In this document: in pieces, positions 1 through 12,257 of the stretch | Layout: every line of letters begins with the position of its first letter | Numbering within the stretch: position 1 is the stretch's first letter | From: Catajapyx aquilonaris | Lineage: Eukaryota | Assembly (NCBI GenBank): GCA_000934665.2 | Contig: KZ538074.1 | Coordinates: forward strand, 62,001-126,000 | DNA: 64,000 nt | Direction: 5' to 3' | The notes under the pieces: generated by a model | Database searches by the model: none | What the model was told of the DNA's origin: nothing | The model's input: only the letters and a program-made list of their open reading frames with translations | Program-made: the position numbers and the translations under genes

Positions 1-140
1 CCCCGAGAAAACCCATGTGAACACAGAGGGAATCCAACCAAACTCTTTCCACATACGTATCCTCTGTCCGACCCAGGGATTGAACTCGGGACCTCAGAGG
101 TGGAAGAGTGTGGCGCTAACCACTAGACCAACCTGTTGCC
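1..140 (-). mobile_element. SINE family 1, partial copy (tRNA head and part of body)
   Basis: Reverse complement matches the head and body of the full copies at 32829-33105 and 38209-38509. Confidence 0.8.
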
Positions 141-196
141 CTGTTATTTCTAATTTACACTTTGAAGGTGAAAATCCAGGTGCAAAGTGCTATGAG

Positions 197-252
197 CAGG
201 GATGGAAAAAGAACCGCTTCCTCCCAAAGTAGCGGTTCTTTTTCCATCCCTG
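197..252. mobile_element. 56-bp hAT-type mini element
   Basis: Perfect 22-bp TIRs CAGGGATGGAAAAAGAACCGCT around a 12-nt spacer; 8-bp TSD gctatgag at 189-196 and 253-260. Confidence 0.85.
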
Positions 253-438
253 GCTATGAGGTAAAATTTTCATTATAATTCATCATGTGTTACTGTCAAG
301 CCTAATGAAATGAACCATCTTGAGAGTTGTGCACCAAGCATTAGCAAATGCACTAAAATTCTTCACATATTGAGATTATAAAGCAATTTCACTGGAACAG
401 AAGTAGACTTCATTAGCATAAAGTATGTGCATACATAC

Positions 439-2495
439 CACCTGATCCTTTCCTTCAGATGTAATGTGAGGATTATCAGACAGTAGTGGGCCCTCTGAAT
501 GTGAGTCCAGAAGGCCATCATTTGAGTCACTATGGTTCAACCCTTCCTCTTCCCATCGCACCATTTCCATATCTTGAAAAATAACGTGTACATGATTAGT
601 AGGTCCTATTGCACAGTAATTAAATCAGCATTCTAGCACCCCTATTTTGGACATGTTTAGGGTGATTAAAATACTTGTCCAACTAATATGGAGTTTGAAA
701 AATTACTTTATATGGTTATCCAAAGGATTTGCTGCTAATATTAGGTTACTTGTTCCAACCCAAAGCATCATTGATTATTTTTATTTCAATTTTTCTGGAA
801 ATGGTAGCTAATGGCTGCTTTTTTGATTGTCCAAGTGTCCATTAAAATTGAAAATAAAAGTTTGTGACTTACAAGGTGCAAGTTTTTGCTGAAATATGGA
901 GTTGCAAGGTTTCACATTTTGCATATTGATGTGCATTTGGATTACTTAGTTGAGAACTTTTTCACTTAAGGTTTTAAAATTATCACAAAGTTAATCATCC
1001 ACCATATCAGCACTGTGTAATTCAAGTTTATGTGACATGATGAATGGAATGGGGATAGACTGGCATTAGTGCTATGAATATGGAATGGGATTCCTCAACC
1101 CTTTTCAATCCTTGCACTATTTCTCTATTGGTAAGTATGAATCATATTCAAAAACAATATGGACTGCCTATGTGCAAGGAAATTTTGGTAATAAATATAG
1201 CCATGCATGTAAAAAATCACTAATAGTTCACCATTAATCATACAATGATAGTGGAACCACAGCTGGTTGTACTACTTTAGCACTCATAACAGTTAGCTCT
1301 TATGTTAATAAGTCACATAAATTAGTTTGTGCAATTTACCAACACATTAAAATGGTTAGGTGATGTGGAATGAAGTTGCCAAATGTATGCACTGCGGCAC
1401 CTGAAAACACAGAAATCAGGGTGTGCCTTCAGCAGCTTAATACTTATTTTGCATGGAGGCAGTGCATTTCATTTGAAAGCTGGGTTCAACAAACCAGGCA
1501 ATACATCCTGACTCTCAGGATTCCATTGGTTTTCTCAGAAGATAATTATCGGAATGGCAAGAGCCACAAAGCTGTCACTGCTAGCTAGTGGTGTACTATA
1601 TAGCGCAAAAAAAAATGAAGATGATTTTGCATTTGGTTTCAATGCAAAATGGTCTCCATCTTTTTGAGCGATATAGTACATTGTTGGAAGCCATAGACTA
1701 TAAATTTTCAGGTAATCATTGAGTACCTCCTGCTTCAGGCAGATTTTGCGAGCCTGCACATGCAGGCCCAACCTCTGAGACTACTAAAAAAGTCTGGTTT
1801 TCCAGTTCCATAAGCAGTGCTGGGTGTCACCCCATCTGATGAACCCACAGTCCCCTTTGGCTGACGAAAATCAGGATGCCCAGTTTTTAGAACTTAACTT
1901 GCAAATTGCAATGGCCCATTCAGCCTTGTCCTAGTGCATATTCTCTAGCTCTGTTGAAGATGACCTTTCTTTCCAGAAAAGTAATTTGACCATCACTGGT
2001 TTAGTTTGCAGTTTTCCTGATCAGGGTAGAAAGAAAAGATTGTCCTTTTTATGCACATAAAACTGGTTTCCCATGCCTAGAATAATAATACTCAATAGTC
2101 ATTTCGCACATTATCTGGACCATTGCAGTTGCGTACATGCACCTTTAAGGAATATTCTCAACACAAGAAAATAAAGGGGTGTGACATTGTATGTGTGGGG
2201 ACCAGGCCCTACGATAGCAGCTAATAAAAATAATAAATTACTTCATATAGCAATAGAATCTTGGTGTGGCAACAATGCAAAATAAACATGGGCACATATA
2301 AGCAAAGACCAACTTCTAAAATTACGCTTCCTCACCCCGAAAAAATGAGGAATTCTGATAGCCCGTTGGGGAACAGGTTTTTAGGTCGAATTGAGGTCAA
2401 CCATTTCTTAGTTTCCTCTTCCTTCCTCATACCCCCCCTCCCCTTCATGCACACAAAAAAATAACCTCAATTAGCTCACCTTCCTCACTGGCCAT
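439..2495 (-). CDS. N-terminal coding exons of an unidentified gene continuing off the left edge
   Basis: ATG GCC AGT GAG GAA G|gtgag (2495-2480) joins in phase to ttatttttcaag|AT ATG GAA... (572-439, donor gtatgt). This gives MASEEDMEMVRWEEEGLNHSDSNDGLLDSHSEGPLLSDNPHITSEGKDQV. An upstream acceptor lies at 2715 and a donor at 2965. No family recognised. Confidence 0.45.
1593..1679. mobile_element. GTAC-bounded palindromic mini-element, family A
   Basis: GTACTATATAGCGCAAAAA...TTTTTGAGCGATATAGTAC; homologous to 41008-41113 and 51852-51958. Confidence 0.75.
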
Positions 2496-2954
2496 GTTGA
2501 ATTATTTACTTCTATATATAATATGATTGTAGCTATGATAACGTCGATTAAAACTCTTCCGTTTCCATCCACTTCCTTCCGCGACAGTCCCCAGAGGGGT
2601 CCGTAACATAGGCATTTCACACGAGTCCTGGCATTGCACGTATGATGCGGCACTGAGTTCTCATACTGCTCTAGATTTTGTAACACTTCCTACATATGTC
2701 CCATCCTGTCCTGTCTGGAAGTAAGGCAAACTTCAGTGTGAATATCTGACCAAGGGATAAACACGAGCTGTGACTGTGAATGGAATAACTGCCAATGAAG
2801 GTTCCGATCGCGTTCGAGAGATGACGACTCTGATCGTTTTAATGGCAGATTTTGGGACCAGGAGTAGCAGAATTAATTCTGACAATATTTATCGGCATTT
2901 TAAAATCCTAACTTTGTAGTTTTGCAACATTGTGGCTTGGTAACTAAAACTTCT

Positions 2955-3200
2955 TAACGGCTCACTTCCTGTGGTACAGCTGCGGGAGGACGCTATTACA
3001 ACGAGTTGCATCTGCGCGCAAGGAAGCAGTCAGAGGTGGTTAGTTCAGGGCTCACCAATCAGAGCAGGGGCGTGTGTAATTCAGTGAATTGTATCATCTC
3101 CCCACATACTTCTAGATTTAGACTAGTAAAGCAGCTCAACTGTGTGGAAAGTGGCGCCGTCGTCGGAGGTTGTAAGAAATACGGCCGCCATGTCATCTTA
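2955..3200. promoter_or_regulatory. Probable (bidirectional) housekeeping promoter
   Basis: CpG-richer patch between divergent units, with ACTTCCTG (ETS-like), TGCGCGCA (NRF1-like), CCAATCAG, GGGGCGTG and GCCGCCAT (YY1-like) motifs. Confidence 0.55.
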
Positions 3201-3570
3201 TGGCAATATAACTATTATTTTGAACAAATTATCTACAATATTACTTACGTATATTTTTTGTTGTTCTATGATTGGTTGAGTTAATGCGAGTTAATGTGTG
3301 TAACCAGAGTTTAACATATATTGCACAGCGGGGTAGAATGATACAAATCTGGACAAAAGTATCCCCTCAATTATACCCCCAAAAATACAAAAAGGAAATA
3401 GATTGAAATAGATAGAGCTAATTTATTTAACAGCTATGCTCGAAGTATCAGTTATATTGACATAATATGCAATGGCGGTATTCATGAGCCGAAGTTAGAG
3501 GCGCCACCCGCCCCCGGACCCTCCCCACTGACACTCTTCGACAGCCCCCAGTCACTCTCCCTCTTTTCGC

Positions 3571-3860
3571 GTGAGCTTAGCTGATCTCCCACACAGAGGG
3601 GGGGGGGGGGTTGGCCACGGTCGGCGCTAGAGTCAAGTGCTGAGATAGGAGGCGGCTTACCTAGCGGTCAACTCTGAACCATTTCGGTTCGGTCGACCTC
3701 CTGTGCTACTCCATGGCTCTCCACAGGAGCCAATCGGAGTCGACACTAATGGATCAGAATTGCCCCGCTAGGTAAGGCGCCACCTGTACTGGCACTTGAC
3801 TCTAGCGCCGACCGTGGCCTACCCCCCTTGCCTTCGGTGGGGGAGCTCTGCTAAGCTCAC
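3571..3860. mobile_element. Palindromic MITE
   Basis: GTGAGCTTAGC...GCTAAGCTCAC ends with long internal complementarity; a further degenerate arm lies at ~4330-4381. Confidence 0.7.
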
Positions 3861-4069
3861 TGGGGGATGATGCTCCAGCCAATCGAAGTCGACCGATATG
3901 GTTCGGAATATCCCGCTAAAGTGCTGAAAACGATTTGACGTCATCGTCACACAATTATGAGCAAACAGCTCGGTAAACAGTGTCAACAAAAAGAACATTG
4001 TTTACTCCTATTGTTGCATGAGAACAAAATGATGACGTCAGATCGTCGTTTCTGCCGTCGTTTCGTTTA

Positions 4070-4273
4070 GGGGCGTTCAGACGAAGCAACTTAGTTGTAT
4101 ACCTGAAATACAAGGAGAGAATAGGAACCTGGTTGCAGCCCCCACCCGGTTGCAGAATAGTTGCAGCATTTTTTGGGTTGCTGCAACTTCCTATTCTCTC
4201 CGTGTATTTCAGGTTGTATACAACCAGGTTGGAGCCACGTCGCTCCAACCAAGTTGCCTCGTCTGAACGCCCC
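4070..4273. mobile_element. Harbinger-type MITE
   Basis: TIR GGGGCGTTCAGACGA / TCGTCTGAACGCCCC preceded by TTA. Confidence 0.7.
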
Positions 4274-4379
4274 CTTTTCCGCACTATAGATAAGGCGCCA
4301 CAACCAGGCCACAACGTTGGGATGTGAGACTAGCGCCGCCCGTGTCAAACCCCCCTCGGTGCGGGAGCAGAGCTAAGCT

Positions 4380-4737
4380 CAGACTGGCTCAGAGGAGGAG
4401 CATTGTACTGCGATAGGGAGTGTCAGGGGGTACGACCGCCCGTGCTGCGACTGCTACCGCAATTTCCTCTGAACAGGGAGTCGGAACTGCGTCATCGGTG
4501 CGAACCACGGTCGTGGTGCGAACGTTTTGTTTTATTTGCATCCCGCAAAAATTATTTCTGCACTGCTCCCAGGTAAGTAATCCCACCTCCCTTTTCTCGT
4601 CCTTGGCCCCTGCTGAAGCCTTGTTACGTCACTTATAATGTTGTTTCGCTTGTTAAGCAGGCTAAGAAACAGCCAACTGAAAACCACTCAGGAAGAGCCC
4701 TCCTAAGAAGGTGGAGATCACGACACTAAACAGAAAT
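4380..4737 (+). other. WBP4: Putative ATG-free 5' leader exons (..4572 and 4661-4737) ending in the AT of the WBP4 start codon
   Basis: CAG|gtaagt at 4572/4573, an 88-nt intron ending ttaagcag|, and the second exon ending cagaaAT|gtgagt at 4737/4738. Neither exon contains an ATG. The 5' boundary of the first exon is uncertain. Confidence 0.65.
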
Positions 4738-5059
4738 GTGAGTATAATTTGGTTGTGGGAGAGATGTAGCTATATTAAGGGGCAGGTGCCTGTGGTTTTT
4801 TGTTAGCCAAGTGTCACTGGTATGGCTTGTAGCTCCTGTTACGACCTCAACTTAAGTCGTCTGCCACTGGAGTATCATTGCTGTACTTAACCCAGATATG
4901 CCCAGCTTCCCCTATAGGCAACACCTGCACAGTTGTTACATTTTAATTTTTTTACTGTACTTCTGCTGCTAAAGAGCTAGCAGTAGGCATGGGTGCTTCA
5001 GTAGAGTCACAGCTAATGATGCAAGTGCAAACCTGTTGAGTATTGTTTCAGCTTGTTAA

Positions 5060-5315
5060 CCCTGGAACCGTGGCATGGGGTCTTTTAGGACCCCATCCAT
5101 ATTTTAATTTTTATTAATTTTTATATAATACTATTCAATGTATTGACTATATGCAATCATTCTTTGAACAATGCCTAAAATGATCGCTAATTCAAAATAA
5201 ACATGCACATACTGTTATATATGTTTAAAAAATGGTAAAAGTTCATTGTAATTATCATTTTAATGCATTTTAATTCCTTGGGGGTCCTAAAAGACCCCAT
5301 GCCACGGACCAAGGG
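5060..5315. mobile_element. piggyBac-type MITE nested at a TTAA
   Basis: TTAA|CCCTGGAACCGTGGCATGGGGTC...GACCCCATGCCACGGACCAAGGG|TAA; absent from the host copy at ~18340. Confidence 0.8.
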
Positions 5316-5501
5316 TAAGATACAGTTGTACATGTGTTTGAATTTTAACTCAGGGAAAAATGGCTGCACCTTCATGTTCCGAATATGATTAGTAATTAAT
5401 TCTTGAATGTTGATTAGTGTTATGAGTAATTTATTGTTTGTAATACTTTGAGAACTTATCAATGATGAAGTCAATGGGGAAATATAGGCATATTTTTTTA
5501 C

Positions 5502-5778
5502 CAGCCCCCTGACACAAATATGATACGGTAGTTTAATATAAAAGGCTCTGCTAGGCGGCTACTGATGCCAGCCACCCGAATCATAGTCTGTGAACGCTCT
5601 TCGAGGAAAGAACGGTTTGGGCTGGTTCCGAATTCGGCGCTGGCGTGCCCCCACAGCTGGCTAGTGGGGGGACTAGCCGTCTGTGGGGGGTGCGCCAGCG
5701 CCAAATTCCCCACCTGGCAGATCCTTTTATATTAAACAACCTTCAACACAGGGCTAGGCTGGATGTGTCAGGGGGCTG
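5502..5778. mobile_element. MITE with 9-bp TSD (Mutator-like by TSD length)
   Basis: 15-bp TIR CAGCCCCCTGACACA; TSD tttttttac at 5493-5501 and 5779-5787; empty site at ~18507. Confidence 0.75.
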
Positions 5779-6789
5779 TTTTTTTACTTTCCTTGTCTGA
5801 CAGTACTGTTGAAATCTGGTGTCCCCTCTGGGGAACGCAAGAGGCAAATGCACCCACATTTGGACAAGTAAAATATGTGTGTGTATTTTGTCCGTTTTGT
5901 TGAACTGTATTGTAATGAATTCATATAATTAAAAGGAGATTACATGGCTAAGGGTGGCACCAATCCTTGGTTGTTGTTGATTGTTACTCAATTACAACCC
6001 CTTCTTTACTCGACCTGTTTTCCGTGGTAATGCAATGGACAACAATCAATCATTGGTGATATTTTGAAACTATGGTTATTGGTGAATATCATTGTTGCCA
6101 TCGTAATGTCATCAGCTATTATAGCCATACTAGGCTACATTTTCCTAGCATCCCGTAATAGGGAAGGCCATTTTCTCGCAAACAAGCATTCAGAAAAATG
6201 TTTTATCTCCATTTTTGTTGTTTTGGGAACTAATATGAACTAATAGAAACAAAAAAAGTTCAAAAATTCAACAAAAAATTTCCCCGGCACATCTGGGTTA
6301 ATAGTGGCCCTACAGCAGTCTTATTTCTTGAAGCTTGCTAAAATGTATACAATGCTGGCTGTAGTTATACAGATAAACCACTTGATTTCTAAACCCAATG
6401 TTAACTTGGGTTGAATGTTTTCATGAGTTGTAGACAATTCTTTGTCAGAGTCTACATGAAATACTGTATGATGAAAACCAAAGCCTTTTGTGTTACAAGC
6501 ATTTAATCTTTTACATACCTGTTTACTTGAATACCACTTCTGGAAGATTTTATCATTAATGTTTCATGGGAACAATGTTGGACCTACTGAAAGTGAATTT
6601 TTGTTATGAAATTATATATTCTCCCTGGCAGTGATGCTCCAATGAGGATAGCAATGGAAGTGACTAGCTCAGAGCTGATCTATTGCTTTCTGAGATAAAT
6701 AATGATGTTAATACAACATTTGTGGTGGTGGCAAACAACAAACTACCCTCAAACCAACAAATACTTTTCTGCCAGTGTTTCCAATGGAT

Positions 6790-8291
6790 AAGGTGTGTTC
6801 AAATGAACATAAAGTGAGGCAATATCTCTGGAGCTATTTGTCTCAGCTGAGTTCTAGTGGTATCTCTGGGTAGGCACTTGCATGGCTAATTTTCATGCAG
6901 AGTAGTTAGTAGTCAGTATGCGTGGAGTGGACAGGGGAGCATTTTATGCAAGTCAACCAGGGCTATGCATTTGTCCAAACAGGCACAACTCGTCATCATC
7001 CTTTTTCTTCATCAAGGAAGGAACTGCACCAGTGGACATTGTCCATTGGATGCTAAAGGCGGGTGGGAAAGCCTGCTTCAAGCACAACACCTTGGTGGAC
7101 AGATTGGTACAGAAAACCACTAAGGAAATGTTATCTCGATAGGTCCTTCATTCACTAACGTCTGGACAGAAATTCCCTACACCTTTGAAGAGAGTCTTGT
7201 GGTTGAAACAGACATTCCCATGCATCTTCTGCATCCAATGGACGATGTCCACTGATTCAGTTCCTTTCTTGATGAGGGAAAAGGATGATGGTGAGCCTTG
7301 CATGTTTGGATGAATCCATAGCCCTAGGAGACTTGCATAAAATGCTCTCTGGCCCACTACATGCATACTGACTACTAACTACTCTGCATGAAGGGGAGGC
7401 GGAGTGGTGCTGCTGTAACGTATGTGCCCACGAATGTAAGAGTCCTGGGTTCCCTTCCTGGACATAATACCGACAGCCTAAACACTACCTCCCAAAATAC
7501 CGACACTCCACTATACGACAAAAATCATACTTGGATGTTCGACTCACTTGTTCAATCAGGCCCAGGTTTAAAACAGGCTGGGCTGTCATATCAGGAGACC
7601 CTGCACTTTACCTACTTTCCTAGGCTTGTATCTTCTGAAGGATAGACGTGTATCCACTGAAGATATGTCTGTATCCGCAAGGAAGGAAGGTTAGGTTTAT
7701 TGGTTATGTTCGTACAGCGTGCCCCTACGCCTGCCAAATACGGTCTCCTACCTCCCTTCTTCGAGGTATTATTTACAATATGCATCTACAGTATAGATAT
7801 GGTACCTGTATGTAGCCTGTATGTGGCAGTGTCGATGTTATGGTTTTAGGTATTATGTCCCAGATACCCGGGTTTGATCCCAAGCTCGGGCATTCCCCTC
7901 TTCATCTCATGCAGAGTTCGGGGTCATCTCAGGCTTCGTCTCGGGTGGGATTCCTTGAGACTTACCACCCGGAGGAGTTCACAAAATGACCATAGCAACA
8001 ACATTGCACTGCATCTTGCACATCCCCTCCCACTCATCCCCCCTCGCTCGCGGTACCTGGGCATTATGGAAAAGGACCAACAAAGCTTGTACACTTAAAA
8101 AGCAAAGAAAGGTACCATGCCAAATGTCCATCCAATGGGCGGTGCACTAACCCATTATTAATAATATTATTATTAACTACTCCGCATTAAAATTAGCCAT
8201 GCAAGTGCCTACTCAGAGATACCACAAGCACTCAGCTGAGACAAATAGCTCCTGAGATATTGCCTCATTTATGCTCATTTTAACACACCTT
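6790..8291. mobile_element. Fold-back mariner derivative (two inverted 5' ends with decayed transposase N-terminus)
   Basis: Arms 6790-7090 and 7190-7392 plus 8174-8291 are reverse complements. ORFs 6918-7142(+) and 7148-7366(-) are homologous (FFIKEGTAPVDIVHWM) and resemble a mariner HTH. Confidence 0.7.
7393..8173 (+). mobile_element. SINE family 2 with a nested Mutator-type MITE (7453-7866)
   Basis: tRNA-like head, (att)n tail and ~17-bp TSD taactactc(t/c)gcat(g/t)aa. The body matches 61940-62270. The insert has a near-9-bp TSD cctgggttc/cccgggttt. Confidence 0.75.
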
Positions 8292-8631
8292 CTAGTTCAA
8301 CTGAGTGTCATTTTCACATGGTAATTTAACCTTTTGTGTATCCATGAGAATATCAACATGGTTCACCTGCATTTTGTTCCTGCATCATGAACATGTTCTG
8401 GAATGGCCTGGTTTTTACTTTTGTTTATTGTAAAGGCTGGCGACTCAACATTTCATGCAGTAAAGGGAAATGTATGCTAATACCAAAATACAGTGTGTTC
8501 CAAGTGAATTGTCCATGATTGTTAGCAAATTTTGTATGCATGAAACTGCTTAGGCTATTGTTCTACAGTTACTTTTGAACAGTTACTTCTAGTAGTTGTC
8601 AAGAGTACATCTGGCAGTGTTGCATTGAATA

Positions 8632-8883
8632 CAGGGTGATTCCAAGTTCGTGGGGCCTTTTAGTTATAGGAAATTTCGCTCAAAGCTGTTATTTTTGTAG
8701 CTGCTTGTGCCCCAATCCAGGTGCCCTATTTGATAAAAACTGCTCTATTCGACCACCTGATAAGTACCATTGAGGCACCTGGATCGGGGCACAACAAGAA
8801 CAAAAAAAAACCTACTACTACTACTACTACTTCAAGCGCTATCAGTGATAACTAAAAACTACCAACGAACTTGGAATACCCTG
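8632..8883. mobile_element. Tc1/mariner-type MITE
   Basis: TA|CAGGGTGATTCCAAGTTCGT...ACGAACTTGGAATACCCTG|TA; a related fragment lies at ~31160-31316. Confidence 0.75.
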
Positions 8884-10784
8884 TATAAGCATTCATTCAG
8901 ACCTCGTAATATGCTGAATTTCTACTCTTAAGAAAATGCAGATGACCTTTTTTGACCCAGGGGCATTTGAGGGCAAGGGTTGAACTCATTAGCCTTATAT
9001 GCATAAGTTTAAAAGGACACATCCATTTGACTGAATATTAGCAGCTAATATTTTTGATAACCTTGAGAAGTACAGGTTCCTAAGTAACTGCATAAAAACT
9101 AGCATCTTGGTTTTAAGAAATCACTAACCACTATGGATGACTAAGTTGGAACACACTGTGTAATGGAAATACGGGCAGTCCTTATGCTACGATCATGTGC
9201 TGTGGCACTTGACATAATAATGACCTCGCCCTTTTCATAAAGAACATGTCCTGGAATTAAATTAATGTCATCAAGTAATGATTTTTCACGAAGATTGTTG
9301 CTACTAATTATCTTAACACGAGCTCGGCATGTAACATGCTCTGCGAGTGGTGAAGAAAAAACTGCTTTATTTTTGTACCTATGAAAGTAAGGTTTCTGTC
9401 ACAAAGTAAAATTCTTTATGCGCTTGTGCTGAGCATGAAGTTTTTTCCAAGTATGGAATTGTAAATAAGCATACCCTTATTAAACTTTTTAGTGATGATT
9501 TGAAAAAACAAAACAAAAACAAGGCACATCTTTTGTCACTTATTCTTATAGCCCCTGTCTTCCCTTTTTGGCAAGCAAGTTTCTTGTGGACCATAACAGA
9601 CATCTAGTCTGATTTTCACTTTGTCTACATCATTAAACTCTCACTAATTATGCAAATGCAGCAAATGTGGCTCTTGATTTTATCAACAAGCACAGCTCTT
9701 CTTTCAAGGATTTATACTGACTGCAATAATATTAGACTGTTCCCACCCAATTTACACTTCAGCTCTGCACTTGCAAGCAGTGACTTGTATGCACACAATT
9801 TCTGTTTAACACATATAGAGGATAGATGCCATTTTATACTTAGAAATTTTGGGCAGGGGTCAGAAATAAAACCAGCCTGGGCATGGGAAAAAATTGCATT
9901 CATTTCCATGTCTCAGGTTGATCTAGTATATATGGCTAAAGTAGTTTGGGTCACAGATGATTAAATTTTATCTTGCCATGGGCTGGGGAGCAGACATTCT
10001 AATGGACACATTAGGAGTAGGATCACCTCAGCATTTTACAATTTCATTCTACTTGATCGGGTGTTTATGCAGTCCACACAATAGCAATGTCGGGTGGTGA
10101 CCTCTGACCGAGTATGTCTTATGACGGGGAAATCTTGAGGCATTCTGCCAGAGGATAAGAAAAAATATACTATCAGTGCCTGGTTGCTAAGCAGGTATTT
10201 TTTCTTTCTCCCTGCCCCTGCAGACTACAGTTTTCAACAACTACTTTTAAAACTGTGTTGGGTTAATTTTTGGGTGGAAATTGTTGACGAGATTTGAGAG
10301 AAGCCCTTGATGCTGTAGTCGGGGATCAAGAAGATCAACTGTATCTTTTGCTGGATTTTATTTTTATGAGGAGCAAAATGTGTCAGCTTGATTATTATTA
10401 CAGTTCTTTATGGTTAGTTTTTTTTAATGGTAATAACTGCATTATTTTGTGGAGAAACACTTCGAGTTTTGGCAACATAAATTTTTGAACTGCCAATGGA
10501 GCATTTCCAACACCTGGTCTTGTCGGCATTAAAACATATTCTGGGGGGTATTGTATTTAAAAGTCAATTATACCTGGGATATCAGGGAGGAAGGGTGTGG
10601 ATGTTTGTAATCGCTAGTTCAGGACATGGGGCCTGCAATCCAGAAAATGTAGCTTTAGGAGACTGAAAATGGAGCAAAGTTCCATCATAAGCTACTGCCA
10701 GCATTTCTGGATATGGAAAACTGTGCCATTCAACTCCTAGTTTATGAATTTTATTTTAGATTAGTGTGCAGGAGTATATGGTGA

Positions 10785-11128
10785 CCATGATCTTAGAATA
10801 CTCAGGTCTGGTCACTCCCACTTATCACCTGCCGGGGCGTTTTGCATGAGGTGCTCACTTGAGAGCGCCATGAGACCTTTCATATCTCTATTATGTGGCT
10901 ACCTCAACGGGACCGCGCTGAACTTTATAGGTACAAAAGGGAAGTGCTACATTGGGGGACCCAGCATGGTCGCCGGTGGCCATGTTGGGCCTGCATGTAG
11001 CGGCTTCCCTTTTGTGCCTATAAAGTTCAGCGCGGTCCCGTTGAGGTCGCCACATAATAGAGAAATGAAAGGTCTCATGGACCTCTCAAGTGAGCACCTC
11101 ATGCAAAACGCCCCGGCAGGCGATAAGA
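10785..11128. mobile_element. Palindromic MITE, CCATGG-ended family (right end lost)
   Basis: Near-perfect hairpin about 150 bp per arm; homologous to 32664-33330. Confidence 0.8.
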
Positions 11129-11740
11129 TAAGACTGTAGGGGTAGTGTCCGTGGGCTGATTGTGACCATCGAATTTTGTAATTCTCTTAACTTATAGAGA
11201 ACTCTCACTTAGGCAAGTTCTAGAAGTCCCACTGTATTATTTAAAAATTGGCATCCATTACAGTTCTCATGTCATGACATGATCAGAATTATTTGGAAAG
11301 AGAGGAGTAATCATTGCAAACACTTTGCTGGTTTCTAGTAGTAGGAGACTTATTAAAAATTATTGTTACAAGGCAAAATCAACCCTGAGAGAGACAGTAA
11401 TTTAAGACACTTGACATAAAGCTTTGGCACCAGCTATAAGGAAATTGTGTATGTGGGACAACTGGATATTAAATTTTTATGAGAACAGGGCTAAGCTTGA
11501 CTAAGAATTGGGAGTGATTTTTAGCCTCAATGTAGGGGAACTACTCTTCGACTTCCTGCCTGATTTATCTCCAATCTGACCTTGGAATGTGCCATTTGAA
11601 GCACATTTTTGAGTTAAGAGGGTCAAAACCAACAACAGGAAAATTGTGGGAACTACTTTTTTGGGGATTGAAGTGCAGTTGCTATTGACGTGAGGGTTTT
11701 TGAATTGTAAGGGCAATGTTTTAAATCAAATTAAACCATT

Positions 11741-12257
11741 ACCATATTACCTCACATAAAGTGGCATGCCAGTATAAAACGAGGTCGACCAGCATGCCGG
11801 TATAACCCGAGGTAGATTTCCGTAATTTTGATCCTTGCCAAAAATTTTGGAATGCTTCTGGTGTTGCACTAAAATAATGTTGCAATGAAAATGGGCGAGT
11901 GTACAGGCAAGTTCTGTTGCACAGGGCATATAAAAAATGTAGAGTGTGTGACTAATCCCATTATTATCAGACTGCTTTGACAGGGGAAACCCCTGCTCCA
12001 ACATAGGCCCTACTGTTTAAATAGAGATTATTGCCAGACACTGCTATTGAAAACAATATATGGTGCAGGTACCGTATTCGGAAAATGTGCGTTTTCGATA
12101 GCCTTTACGTGAATTTAGATTATCAGGCAAATGTCAAGTTCGGAAAGGATAATGTAACTTATGCGAAAACCTCTCCTTATACCGGCATGCCAGTATAGCC
12201 TAAAAACTGGTCGACCTTGGCTACACCGGCATGCCACTTTATGTGAGGTAGTATGGT
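11741..12257. mobile_element. MITE
   Basis: ~35-bp TIR ACCATATTACCTCACATAAAGTGGCATGCC, with internal repeats of ggcatgccagtata. Confidence 0.7.

Larger units (their letters stand above)
4891..6297 (+). mobile_element. Non-autonomous piggyBac-type element, copy 1, with two nested inserts
   Basis: TTAA|CCCAGATATGCC...GGCACATCTGGG|TTAA; colinear with 18171-19040. Confidence 0.85.

Noticed and set aside
1774..1860. Possible minus-strand cassette exon (PKGTVGSSDGVTPSTAYGTGKPDFFSSLR)
   Set aside because: Its open frame needs a phase-0 start, which does not fit the phase-1 MASEE exon. A second acceptor at ~1400 is also unsupported. Cannot be excluded without cDNA.
1830..1880. CTGATGA...GAAA resembling a hammerhead ribozyme core
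   Set aside because: Stem II does not close next to the core, and I could not build stems I and III.
10195..10460. Strong polypyrimidine/cag acceptor at 10223 inside the long intron
   Set aside because: No clear partner donor or coding signal; it could be an extra non-coding exon but is unsupported.
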